A stretch of 64,000 nt of DNA from positions 40,610-104,609 of the forward strand of contig DUAE01000033.1 in assembly GCA_012960975.1 (NCBI GenBank). Reading direction: 5' to 3'. Positions within the stretch are counted from its first letter, which is position 1. Every line of letters begins with the position of its first letter. The position numbers and the translations under genes were made by a program. The notes under the pieces were generated by a model that ran no database searches, had not been told where the DNA came from, and was given only the letters and a program-made list of their open reading frames with translations. Below are positions 1 to 8,869 of this stretch, piece after piece. The DNA comes from Candidatus Poseidoniales archaeon. GTDB taxonomy: Archaea; Thermoplasmatota; Poseidoniia; Poseidoniales; Thalassarchaeaceae.

Positions 1-1062
1 ACCGAGCGCAACAGCACGCCGTACTGCTTGTAGGGCTTCTTTGGTTCTGCCTTCTCCAGCTGCCAATAATTTTGCCTTTAGCAGCCATGCATCGGCATTG
101 AGACCGTCTTGTTCTATTGCGCCTTCAATAGTCTCTAAAGCCACGCTAATCTCTCCAAGCAGCATCAATTTCGCTGATTTCTCAACCAAACCTTCAGGAG
201 AAGTAGGATTGTCGAATCGGGGGTCAATCGCTTTTCTTGCATGATGCGCGCGTTCAGCAATATCTGTTATTTCAGACAAATTTCCTTCAACCTCAAATTC
301 TTCGCCCAACCCTTCGAGTCGGCGAAGATTGCGGTTTTGCCGAGTATCACCCGTACCGAGTAAGATGACCGCTTGTTCCTTGAGAACCTCGACATCGTCC
401 GGTTCAATGGCTAACAATCTCTCAAGCGTGCGATCAAGAGCATCAACGTCGCCCTGCTCTCGTTGAATTGCTGCCAATGAATGTAGAGGAGATGGATCTT
501 CGGCAGCAATTGAATGAGCTCTACGATAGAAATCAGCTGCTCGTGTCTTTTTACCTGATTCATGTAACAATTCACCAATTCTACGGAGTTCGTTTCCGTT
601 TAATTCCAAATCTTCAGCAAGCATTTCTGCTTCGTTCAATATTGCATCAAGACGCAAAACTAAAGGAATGATTCCTGGTAAAATTACCTTTTCACCTTCC
701 TCGTCGGCCTCACCGATATAATTATTGAGGATTGATTTGGCCGCATGTGTAGCTATCGCACAGGATTCGCTGGAACTAATCGTGACTCCCTGCTCGAATA
801 ACAGGGTCTCGGCAGATTCGAGAGAGCGATGAACTTGAAGTAATTCTTGAACTTCTGGTGTTTCGCCTAATACCGTATCGACACCTCTTGAAAGAAGATC
901 AAGACGGCGAGAGGTGTCGGTCAAATTCCCTTCTAAATTGCCGAGTTTAGTCGCCATTTTGCCTCTTTGATGTATAACCGACCGGTGGCGAAGCCAAAGA
1001 GTCAGCAAAGCGATGCCTAGCAATCCATACAAAGACAGAATGCCTGTAGTCGCCTGTTCCAT
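1..1062 (-). CDS. Membrane-anchored TPR-like repeat protein (3' end runs off the window)
   Basis: Not in the ORF track. Manual translation from ATG at 1062 gives MEQATTGILSLYGLLGIALLTLWLRHR (TM helix), then TPR-like helices (AADFYRRAHSIAAEDPSPLHSLAAIQREQGD; LERLLAIEPDDVEVL). No stop seen in the part translated (to ~360). Confidence 0.75.
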   Translation of the reverse strand, partial: MEQATTGILSLYGLLGIALLTLWLRHRSVIHQRGKMATKLGNLEGNLTDTSRRLDLLSRGVDTVLGETPEVQELLQVHRSLESAETLLFEQGVTISSSESCAIATHAAKSILNNYIGEADEEGEKVILPGIIPLVLRLDAILNEAEMLAEDLELNGNELRRIGELLHESGKKTRAADFYRRAHSIAAEDPSPLHSLAAIQREQGDVDALDRTLERLLAIEPDDVEVLKEQAVILLGTGDTRQNRNLRRLEGLGEEFEVEGNLSEITDIAERAHHARKAIDPRFDNPTSPEGLVEKSAKLMLLGEISVALETIEGAIEQDGLNADAWLLKAKLLAAGEGRTKEALQAVRRAVALG

Positions 1063-1131
1063 TCTTCTGGAGCGGAACTGAGGGACTTTTGATGGCTTCT
1101 ACTGTTGAACAGGCTAATGACGCTGTTTTAG

Positions 1132-1150
1132 GGCGGGACATAGTCCCGCC
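1132..1150. terminator. GC-rich hairpin downstream of dnaG
   Basis: GGCGGGAC-ATA-GTCCCGCC, a perfect 8-bp stem ~20 nt past the dnaG stop. Function inferred. Confidence 0.35.
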
Positions 1151-1170
1151 GAAACAATTAGATTTTCATT

Positions 1171-2337
1171 TCAAAAATCTGTTGCAGAATAAGCTTGGAC
1201 GCCGGATTTCCTAGTGACCTTTCCTACTGTAGAGCCAACCACATTGCCGATGCCCGCTCCAGAGGCGAGTGTGAAAATTCGATCAGTGACCTTGCCTGCA
1301 AAAACTAGGCCGACAGCACCCTCGGATTCAGATAAACTGCTCTCGAGTGCACTCGCACCGATTGGTTTAGATCCTGAACCATCTTCTGAAACGATTATCG
1401 CTTGATTGCGTTTCAAACCATCAAGCATGGTCGCCCATTCTTTGACGCCTTCGGGTGCTTCTAGTAATTCGTCACCACGACCTACGGCCGCATCATCTTC
1501 CTTAGCTAATTCTGACTGAATACGAGAAGTTACTTTACCAGCAGATTCTTTTTGATTCAAGCACTTAGTGATGACTTTTCCTTCAAGATGTTCAACCTCG
1601 CGGCTGACTGGTGCAAATGTAACATGAGTTAGTGATTTGCCTAGTTTTCCACTAAGTTCCATCAGTAAAAGTCGTCCACCGCGATCACCATCAAGGAATG
1701 CGGTTACAACTGTTTTGGTAGATGCAATATCAATAAGTTCAGGCTTAATTCCTGAGCCCATAGTAGCGATTGCATTTTTGATTCCAAACTTCAATAGTTG
1801 GCGAACATCGTTTCGTCCTTCGACGATAATGAGCGCATCACTATCCTTGACACTTGGACCTGCTGTCATTCCTGAGATATCTTTCTCTGCATCCAGTGTT
1901 AAGACGGCTCGAACCTCATCTAAGATATCCCTCGACTCGTCTTGCCCAGAGTTGACCATTTCGAGCAACAATGTTTTCGCTCTACCGATGACAGTATCGC
2001 GCTTAGCAGACACTATATTTTCGATTGATGTTACTTTGATTATGGCTTTGCATGGACCGATTCGATCAATCGTTTCGAGTGCTGCACCGATTACTGCGGT
2101 ACTAACTTGATCGATTGATGACGAAAGATGAATCTCGCCCTGAACCTTTCCTTTATTCTGATTCAGTGAGACATCTACGTGTCCGATACGTCCTGTTCGT
2201 TGCAATTTTCGTAATTGCAATTGTTCGCCAAGCAAACCTTCGGTTTGACCGAAAACTGCTCCGACGACATCCTTTCGTGCGACGGTTCCGTCGCAACGAA
2301 TAGTTGCGTGAATTATGTATTTTCCTTCTTTAGACAT
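1171..2337 (-). CDS. dnaG: Archaeal DnaG-like primase / exosome-associated protein
   Basis: KYIIHA...DVVGAVFGQTEGLLG, TOPRIM motifs IIVEGRNDV and FLDGDRGG. ATG at 2337 is preceded by GGAG. Confidence 0.93.
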   Translation of the reverse strand: MSKEGKYIIHATIRCDGTVARKDVVGAVFGQTEGLLGEQLQLRKLQRTGRIGHVDVSLNQNKGKVQGEIHLSSSIDQVSTAVIGAALETIDRIGPCKAIIKVTSIENIVSAKRDTVIGRAKTLLLEMVNSGQDESRDILDEVRAVLTLDAEKDISGMTAGPSVKDSDALIIVEGRNDVRQLLKFGIKNAIATMGSGIKPELIDIASTKTVVTAFLDGDRGGRLLLMELSGKLGKSLTHVTFAPVSREVEHLEGKVITKCLNQKESAGKVTSRIQSELAKEDDAAVGRGDELLEAPEGVKEWATMLDGLKRNQAIIVSEDGSGSKPIGASALESSLSESEGAVGLVFAGKVTDRIFTLASGAGIGNVVGSTVGKVTRKSGVQAYSATDF

Positions 2338-2565
2338 TATATTTTCTCCTTCGGTTCCCAGCCCCACTTTCGGGGCCTCGTACCCTTTTTCGCCTAATCG
2401 GCTCAGGGTTAGAATGGGCGCGAAACGCCCTCGAGTGTGGCAGATTACCGTAAAGAACGGGGGGATGTCCCCTTCATGAAGGCTCCTATTTCATCATAGG
2501 TTAAAAAAATGATTTGTTCATACTCAAAGGATAGGCATTAAGGTAGAGGGCTGAGAAGGTCGAAT

Positions 2566-3033
2566 ATGGTTGAGGCGTCCTCTGATCGTTTAGCCATTTT
2601 CCGAGGCGTGGCAAGCCTCGCCCTCCACGATGGAAATCTGTCGGGTGGTGAAAAACGATTGTTGACAAAATTGGCTCATTCTCTTCGATTGAAGAAAGAA
2701 GAGCCGGGCTTGGCATACGAATCGATCATCAATGATGGTAAATTGCCTGTAGGTGAAGAAATCAACCAGAATGAAAAGCGTTTAATTTATGGACAAATTC
2801 TTGAATCTTTTCTAATTCATACCGACAGATCTGATGAGGCAATTCAAATGATTGCCTATCTTCGATTGGTTTTTGAAATAGAAGAATCGGAACATCGGGC
2901 AATTATTCGAAGCCTCGACCGGCAATTGGAAGAAATAGTACACCGTACGGTTATCGAAACTGTTCGTTTTGAAATGAAAGATTCAATGGGGCGGTTTTCG
3001 GAAATCATCGATCGGATCCGTCTTCAAAAATGA
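2566..3033 (+). CDS. Hypothetical protein, TerB-like helical domain
   Basis: ALHDGNLSGGEKRLLTKLAHSL resembles the TerB ADGxxxxxE pattern. Confidence 0.5.
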   Translation: MVEASSDRLAIFRGVASLALHDGNLSGGEKRLLTKLAHSLRLKKEEPGLAYESIINDGKLPVGEEINQNEKRLIYGQILESFLIHTDRSDEAIQMIAYLRLVFEIEESEHRAIIRSLDRQLEEIVHRTVIETVRFEMKDSMGRFSEIIDRIRLQK

Positions 3034-3043
3034 GGATTATTGT

Positions 3044-3685
3044 ATGTCTGCTGAAAATCTAGATGGTTTTCTAGCAAAACAGCCCCCTAGTGTTCACCAC
3101 TCTGCGAGAAAGCTTGCAAGAACGGCCCGTCAGGCCTATCCCATTGGCGTTCCTGCATTAATTATGAAATCCAATACCGACCGATTAACGACTTCTTCTG
3201 GCTATTCTTTCTTCCTGGGAACGCCCGATGATTTGCTAAGACGCTTGGCTTCTTGGTTACTTACAAATGCTGGAAAATCGCAGGCAATATTGCTAAAATT
3301 AATTAAGAAATTGTGGAAGAGGCATGGTCGAGAAGATGTTGCTCTAGCTAGTATATTGCTAGCAAATATTGATCATTCTGTTCTTTCGATTGAACTCTGG
3401 AGGACTTTCGAAAATTTAATTCAAAAAACGGAACCAATAGAGGGTTTATTACTCTGCATCGAAGAATTACTTCGTGCCAACCACCAACTTCCAAGTACCG
3501 ATTTATACATCGAATGGCTAGGGGCTGAATCGATTAATAATTACCTAGCCATGTTGACTTGTCATGCTGGAATGGTTCGTGGTGTTTCACCCAATAAAGA
3601 GGTTATCAAACGGATTGAATTGGTTAAAATTCCGAGTGGTGATTCAATATTAAGTCGAATAAAATCAAGATTGACTGAAAAATAA
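3044..3685 (+). CDS. HEAT-like protein, possibly AlkD/DNA alkylation repair family
   Basis: 213-aa ORF. KKLWKRHGREDVALASILL resembles the AlkD LW...RE motif. Confidence 0.45.
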   Translation: MSAENLDGFLAKQPPSVHHSARKLARTARQAYPIGVPALIMKSNTDRLTTSSGYSFFLGTPDDLLRRLASWLLTNAGKSQAILLKLIKKLWKRHGREDVALASILLANIDHSVLSIELWRTFENLIQKTEPIEGLLLCIEELLRANHQLPSTDLYIEWLGAESINNYLAMLTCHAGMVRGVSPNKEVIKRIELVKIPSGDSILSRIKSRLTEK

Positions 3686-3722
3686 GCGCAGCACTCATGG
3701 ATGAGGAGGACGGCGGCGCAAT

Positions 3723-3932
3723 ATGGTTGAGCGCCTTTTACCATCGGATGACCCGATTGCCGAAGAGGTGCTCGAATGGACCATCAAGCGAGATGCCCAA
3801 GATATTACTCAATTAATGCGGTGGATGGAAGGCGAAGAAATACGCCGGGATCGGCAAGTATTTCTTAATCGCGCATTGGACTTGATGGATGAAATTCAAC
3901 ATGCCCTCAATCGGCTTGGCGAACTGAGGTAG
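3723..3932 (+). CDS. Small helical hypothetical protein
   Basis: 69 aa, GGAGG upstream, ends 4 nt before mobA. Confidence 0.6.
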   Translation: MVERLLPSDDPIAEEVLEWTIKRDAQDITQLMRWMEGEEIRRDRQVFLNRALDLMDEIQHALNRLGELR

Positions 3933-3936
3933 TCAA

Positions 3937-4509
3937 ATGCGTTCTCTACTTCTCGCTGGCGGCCGATCATCTCGTATGGGTAAAGACAAAGCTATGATAA
4001 AAATCGATGGCATTGCAATGATTCAAAGGGTTGCACAGGCCCTGGCCGAAGCAGGTAGGGAGCCGATTAGAATCGCGGTTTCTACACCCGAAAAAATTGA
4101 AGAATATTCCACAGAAATTGACTCTTCCTTAGACGTTGAATGGGTTTTAGATGGTGAGCAGTACGCTGGCCCTGTTGATGCAATACTAGAATCCCTGAAT
4201 GATCCGCAATGCGCAAACATCGACTCTGTCCAGCTTGCAACTGTCGATGTTCCATGGATTAACCATGAGGTTTTTTGGGATTTAGAAAAATCTCTTTCAG
4301 AAAATGATGTTTTAGCAATGCCAGCAGACCCAAAACGCGCACATCCACTACTTTCTTTAATTCGCCCGACCGAGCTTTTAAAATTGCTTGAAAATTGGAA
4401 AGGGGCGCCACTTCACGAGACGTTTTCTGAATATCCTCATACATTATTGATGATAGATTCTACACTTTTACGAAATGTAAACCAACCAAGTGACCTCGAT
4501 TATAATTGA
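3937..4509 (+). CDS. mobA: Molybdenum cofactor guanylyltransferase (MobA-like)
   Basis: LLAGGRSSRMGKDKA, GP motif, VDVPW, C-terminal NVNQPSD. Confidence 0.8.
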   Translation: MRSLLLAGGRSSRMGKDKAMIKIDGIAMIQRVAQALAEAGREPIRIAVSTPEKIEEYSTEIDSSLDVEWVLDGEQYAGPVDAILESLNDPQCANIDSVQLATVDVPWINHEVFWDLEKSLSENDVLAMPADPKRAHPLLSLIRPTELLKLLENWKGAPLHETFSEYPHTLLMIDSTLLRNVNQPSDLDYN

Positions 4510-5135
4510 ATTTTTCCCGAACACAAATCATCGATAATTTGAGGATATAATTTGTGTTCGATAATTTTGATTCGGTTTTGTAAATCACTAATCGTATCAT
4601 TTGGAAGAACCTCTACTGCCTCCGATGCCAAAATTAGGCCTTCATCCACACCTTCATCGACGAGGTGTACTGTGCAACCGCTCACCGTAGCACTATCCGC
4701 AAGAGCATCTCTGTGGGCGTGGGCACCGGGATATTCGGGGAGTAATGAGGGGTGAATATTGACCAATCGGCCCTTCCATTTTTTTACAAAACTTGGAGAT
4801 AATATTCTCATATAGCCGCTTAAAACAATTAATTCCACATTAAATTCAGCTAATTTAACTTCAATTTTTTCTTCATGAGTTAGGCGCCGGAGGGATTTAT
4901 CGGGAATATTAGGCAATCGAATTCCGACAAAAGTTACATCGTTCTGTTCACAATAAATTTGTCCACCAGCATTTGGATCCTCAGAGATTACCAATACAGT
5001 TTGGTGTGAACGAGGAATTTTAGTTTGAAATTTGAGAAGAGCACTCAATCCAGACCCTCCGCCAGAAATGAACACGGCGATACGCAATGGATCAATTTTC
5101 GACCCCACCCTTGAGGGGGTGTATGGTAGAGACAT
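4500..5135 (-). CDS. purN: Phosphoribosylglycinamide formyltransferase
   Basis: IAVFISGGGSG, LSGYMRIL, NIHPSLLP, GCTVHLVDEGVDEG, EHKLYP. Start trimmed to ATG 5135. Confidence 0.93.
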   Translation of the reverse strand: MSLPYTPSRVGSKIDPLRIAVFISGGGSGLSALLKFQTKIPRSHQTVLVISEDPNAGGQIYCEQNDVTFVGIRLPNIPDKSLRRLTHEEKIEVKLAEFNVELIVLSGYMRILSPSFVKKWKGRLVNIHPSLLPEYPGAHAHRDALADSATVSGCTVHLVDEGVDEGLILASEAVEVLPNDTISDLQNRIKIIEHKLYPQIIDDLCSGKIQL

Positions 5136-5231
5136 GTCCATGCGTAATGGGGGAAGTGCTTGAGAATTGGGGGGAAGAAGTAGTCTTGTCCTTCCACTCA
5201 ATTTATGTCTGAAAGGCCGCGCGGCTGATTT

Positions 5232-5675
5232 GTGAAAACCTTGCAATCAGTCGATGAAATTATCGGCAAATATGCACGTCAAACCACACCATTACGAAGA
5301 AAATTATACGTTGGTATTGGGATATTGTTCGTCATTTGTGCTATTATTGGCATTTGGGTTCCAGGTTGGCCAACGGTTTCTTGGATGGTTCCTGCGGCAT
5401 ACCTTTTCAGTATTTCAGATGAGAAATACTTTCGTTGGTCATTGACCAATAAAATGTTTGGAGCGAAATTGACTGAGTATTATGCAAATGGGAAATCACT
5501 TCCTAAACATGCGAAAAGAGGGATAATCAGCCTCATCACATTAATGTCAGCATTTTCAATCTACATCACTGATATTAGTGGAGACCCAGGCTATGGTCAG
5601 GTGACAATTGCAGTAATATGGGTCGTGGGGATTTGGTGGTTGGTGAGAATGGTTCCTACTCGTCACGATGATTAG
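5232..5675 (+). CDS. YbaN/DUF454 family membrane protein
   Basis: GIWVPGWPTVSW, FRWSLTNKMFG, several TM helices. Confidence 0.75.
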   Translation: MKTLQSVDEIIGKYARQTTPLRRKLYVGIGILFVICAIIGIWVPGWPTVSWMVPAAYLFSISDEKYFRWSLTNKMFGAKLTEYYANGKSLPKHAKRGIISLITLMSAFSIYITDISGDPGYGQVTIAVIWVVGIWWLVRMVPTRHDD

Positions 5676-5742
5676 TGTAGACCCTGACTAATCTGCCCAT
5701 ACTAAATACGAACGGTCGGCGCAGCGCGAATGAGGTACTGCA

Positions 5743-7236
5743 ATGGTTACGTTCTACGACCTAGGAATTGGTTCATCTTTAGTGCGTGCGCTAAATCGCG
5801 AAGGCATTACCGAACCTTTTGAAGTTCAATGCGAAGTCATTCCTGATGCTTTGCTCGGAAGAGATGTTTGCTGTCGAGCACCGACAGGGTCTGGAAAAAC
5901 TTTGGCATTCGGATTACCGATGCTTGCGCGAATGACGCAGGCCGAATCAAAGCGCCCTACTGCACTGATATTAACACCCACTCGTGAGCTTGCTGAACAG
6001 ATTCGTAAAGTGTTAAATCCACTCGCTAAATCAATCGATCTTGAAACTCTTTCAGTATATGGTGGTACATCTTATGGAAAACAATTCCGTGCTCTTGAAA
6101 ACGGTGTTGATATTCTCGTTGCCTGCCCGGGCCGTCTCCTCGACCTGTTAGGTAGAAACGCCCTCAGCCTCAATGATGTCGAAATTGTTGTTATTGATGA
6201 GGCTGATAGAATGGCAGACATGGGCTTCATGAAGCCTGTTAGTAAAATTCTCGAGGCCTGTGGAAAAGACCGACAAACCGTTTTATTCAGCGCAACACTT
6301 GATGACGAGGTTGCTGTGTTGATCAAAAAATACCTCAAGAAACCTGTTCACATTGGAGTAGGTGCAAAAGAGATCAGCATCGACAGCATGAAACACGTTT
6401 TTTGGAAGACTGACAGGGGTGGAAAAACCACTCTCTCGGCTAATATTGTCAAGCGTTATGGTAGAACAATACTCTTCTGCAGAACTCGCCGTGGCGTCGA
6501 ACAGGTCGGAAAGCAAATGAAAGCTGAACGACTCGATTGTTCGACACTTCACGGAGGCTTAAACCAACGACAAAGAGATGCGGCGATGGCTCGTTTCAAG
6601 AATGGAAAATCTTCTGTCCTAATCGCAACAGATGTTGCCGCTAGAGGAATCGATATAGAGGGGGTATCATGTGTTATCCATTTCGACCCACCTGAAAACG
6701 GCAAGGCGTACAAACATCGAAGCGGAAGAACCGCTAGGGCAGGTGAACGGGGCGTAGTTATTTCATTTGTACAAAAATCTCAACAGAGAGCGGTTAATCG
6801 TATACAGAAAGAAGTCGGCATCAAACGACGCTATACCGAGCCGAATGTTGAGGCGTTGGAAGAGCAAGAAAGCGATCGAAAAGATGAGCCAAATATTGAT
6901 AATATTTCTCAAAAAAAGAGTGCGCCGCGCGCCCATAGCTTTGAATGGAAAAATCAGAGAAAAGGGAAAAGCGCCAATCAAAAACGGCCTGAAAAAAATG
7001 GTAGCAGAAACTCACGGAAACGAGGTGGAAATCGCCCCGAGAAAGAAAGACCTTGGGAAAAGAATAAGCGATATAATTCGAAGAAAAAGGCCAATGCATC
7101 AAGTTCTGATAAAAGTGGAAAAAAGAATAAAAAATACTTTGGAAATAGACCACAAAAAGAGGATGCTCCTAAGCATCAGAGAAGAAATAGAAAGGGTAGG
7201 CGCTCCCGAACTGAAAATAAACAACAAAATCAATGA
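5743..7236 (+). CDS. DEAD-box RNA helicase with basic C-terminal tail
   Basis: APTGSGKT, PTRELA, DEAD, SAT, ARGID, HRSGRTAR, and a Lys/Arg-rich tail. Confidence 0.95.
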   Translation: MVTFYDLGIGSSLVRALNREGITEPFEVQCEVIPDALLGRDVCCRAPTGSGKTLAFGLPMLARMTQAESKRPTALILTPTRELAEQIRKVLNPLAKSIDLETLSVYGGTSYGKQFRALENGVDILVACPGRLLDLLGRNALSLNDVEIVVIDEADRMADMGFMKPVSKILEACGKDRQTVLFSATLDDEVAVLIKKYLKKPVHIGVGAKEISIDSMKHVFWKTDRGGKTTLSANIVKRYGRTILFCRTRRGVEQVGKQMKAERLDCSTLHGGLNQRQRDAAMARFKNGKSSVLIATDVAARGIDIEGVSCVIHFDPPENGKAYKHRSGRTARAGERGVVISFVQKSQQRAVNRIQKEVGIKRRYTEPNVEALEEQESDRKDEPNIDNISQKKSAPRAHSFEWKNQRKGKSANQKRPEKNGSRNSRKRGGNRPEKERPWEKNKRYNSKKKANASSSDKSGKKNKKYFGNRPQKEDAPKHQRRNRKGRRSRTENKQQNQ

Positions 7237-8822
7237 AGGAAAAGTCGCTGTCCAGTAAACAACATCGACATCTTATGTTCGTCGGCGGCATCAATACATT
7301 CCTGATCTCTCATCGAACCTCCTGGTTGAACAACTGTAGTAACGCCGATTTCGTGTGCGGTATCTATACCGTCACGGAATGGAAAAAATGCGTCTGAAAC
7401 CATCATCGAGCCGATTGCCCTATTGCCTGCACGCCGAGCAGCGATTCTAACCGCCTCGACTCGACTCGTTTGACCGGGTCCAATTCCTACCGTCGCAAAA
7501 CCAGTTTCAGACTGGGAGACGAGAACGATAGAATTGGATTTTACCTCAGAGAGTACAGTTGATCCAAAACTGGCTAAAGCAACAAGATTTGCATCGGTTT
7601 TTATTTGTGTAACACATTTTACCGAATCCCAATCAATACTCGGCGGGCCTTGAATTTGAGCCACCCAACCACCATCAATTTGACGTATTCTAACCTCATC
7701 TTCACGTGGTAAGAATTTTGGAATTGTTAACATTCTTCTATTCTTTTTCAACGAGAGGATTTCAAGGGCTTCATCATCGAAACCGGGTGCAATGATGCAC
7801 TCGAGAAAGTGACTACCGATGGCTTCCGCTGTGGCTTTTTCAACGATACTTGTGAATGCTATAACGCAACCAAAAGCAGATTCAGGATCGCTTGCTAAAG
7901 CATTATTCCAAGCTCCAACCTGGGTCGAATCGACTGCGGCCCCACACGGATTTGAGTGTTTGATTACCACGCATGCATGGCTACGTTCGTGATTCAAGTC
8001 CAGCAATAATCCGCGAGCAATTCGCAACGCCCCGTCTAAGTCAAGATAATTATTGAAGGATAATTCCTTGCCGCCGTGTTGAACGGCTGAAGCTAAACCT
8101 TTGGAGCCGCTTGAAGATGAAGCGGGATAAAACGCAGCGGGTTGATGTGGATTCTCACCATATCTTAATTCGGTTCCGAGCTCACTCGCAACATGTATTC
8201 GGTTTGGGACATCCCCCCCGATAAATCTGGATTCTAGCTCATTACTTACTGCCGTGTCATATGCGGCGGTGCATTGGTAGGCTGCAAGAGCGAGGGTTCG
8301 GCGTGTGTCGAGATCTATAGCGGACGGTTTTCCATCTGCTGAAGAAAGGGCTTCAATGATATTGTCGTATTGTTCAGAATTAGTCAAAACCAAACAGTCT
8401 TTGTGATTTTTTGCTGCACTTCGTATCATCGTAGGTCCACCAATATCAATCATTTCGATTAATTCGGCAAGTTCGGCTGGCGGATCTTTTGCAGCAACAT
8501 CTTCGAAAGGATAGAGGTTAACACAGACCAAATCAATGGTTCCGTAACCTAATTGTGCGAGTGTTTCCATATCATCTGCTCGCTCTCGGCGCACCAAAAT
8601 TCCTCCATGTACTGCCGGATGAAGGGTTTTTACTCGACCGTCGAAGCATTCAGGGTGACCGGTTGCATCACTTACATCGATGACTTCGATGCCTGATTCA
8701 CGCAATTTTCGACTTGTTCCACCAGTGGAAAGAATTTTCCAGCCCATGTTCGATAATGATTTTGCGAGTTCGACAATTCCATCTTTGTGGAAGACGCTGA
8801 GCAAGGCGCGGGGTGCTGCCAT
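7230..8822 (-). CDS. purH: Bifunctional AICAR formyltransferase / IMP cyclohydrolase
   Basis: RALLSV, STGGT, GRVKTLHP, IDIGGPTMIRSAAKNH, LRYGENPHQ, SDAFFPFRD, QPGGS. Confidence 0.96.
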   Translation of the reverse strand: MAAPRALLSVFHKDGIVELAKSLSNMGWKILSTGGTSRKLRESGIEVIDVSDATGHPECFDGRVKTLHPAVHGGILVRRERADDMETLAQLGYGTIDLVCVNLYPFEDVAAKDPPAELAELIEMIDIGGPTMIRSAAKNHKDCLVLTNSEQYDNIIEALSSADGKPSAIDLDTRRTLALAAYQCTAAYDTAVSNELESRFIGGDVPNRIHVASELGTELRYGENPHQPAAFYPASSSSGSKGLASAVQHGGKELSFNNYLDLDGALRIARGLLLDLNHERSHACVVIKHSNPCGAAVDSTQVGAWNNALASDPESAFGCVIAFTSIVEKATAEAIGSHFLECIIAPGFDDEALEILSLKKNRRMLTIPKFLPREDEVRIRQIDGGWVAQIQGPPSIDWDSVKCVTQIKTDANLVALASFGSTVLSEVKSNSIVLVSQSETGFATVGIGPGQTSRVEAVRIAARRAGNRAIGSMMVSDAFFPFRDGIDTAHEIGVTTVVQPGGSMRDQECIDAADEHKMSMLFTGQRLFLH

Positions 8823-8869
8823 AACACGACGTAGCGGCATGCGGTTTGAAGAGTTCGTTATCGATGGTT

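Noticed and set aside
6767-7258. 163-aa alternative-frame ORF in the helicase tail, suggesting a frameshift
   Set aside because: The helicase frame is intact, and the A/G-rich low-complexity tail explains the lack of stops in a second frame.
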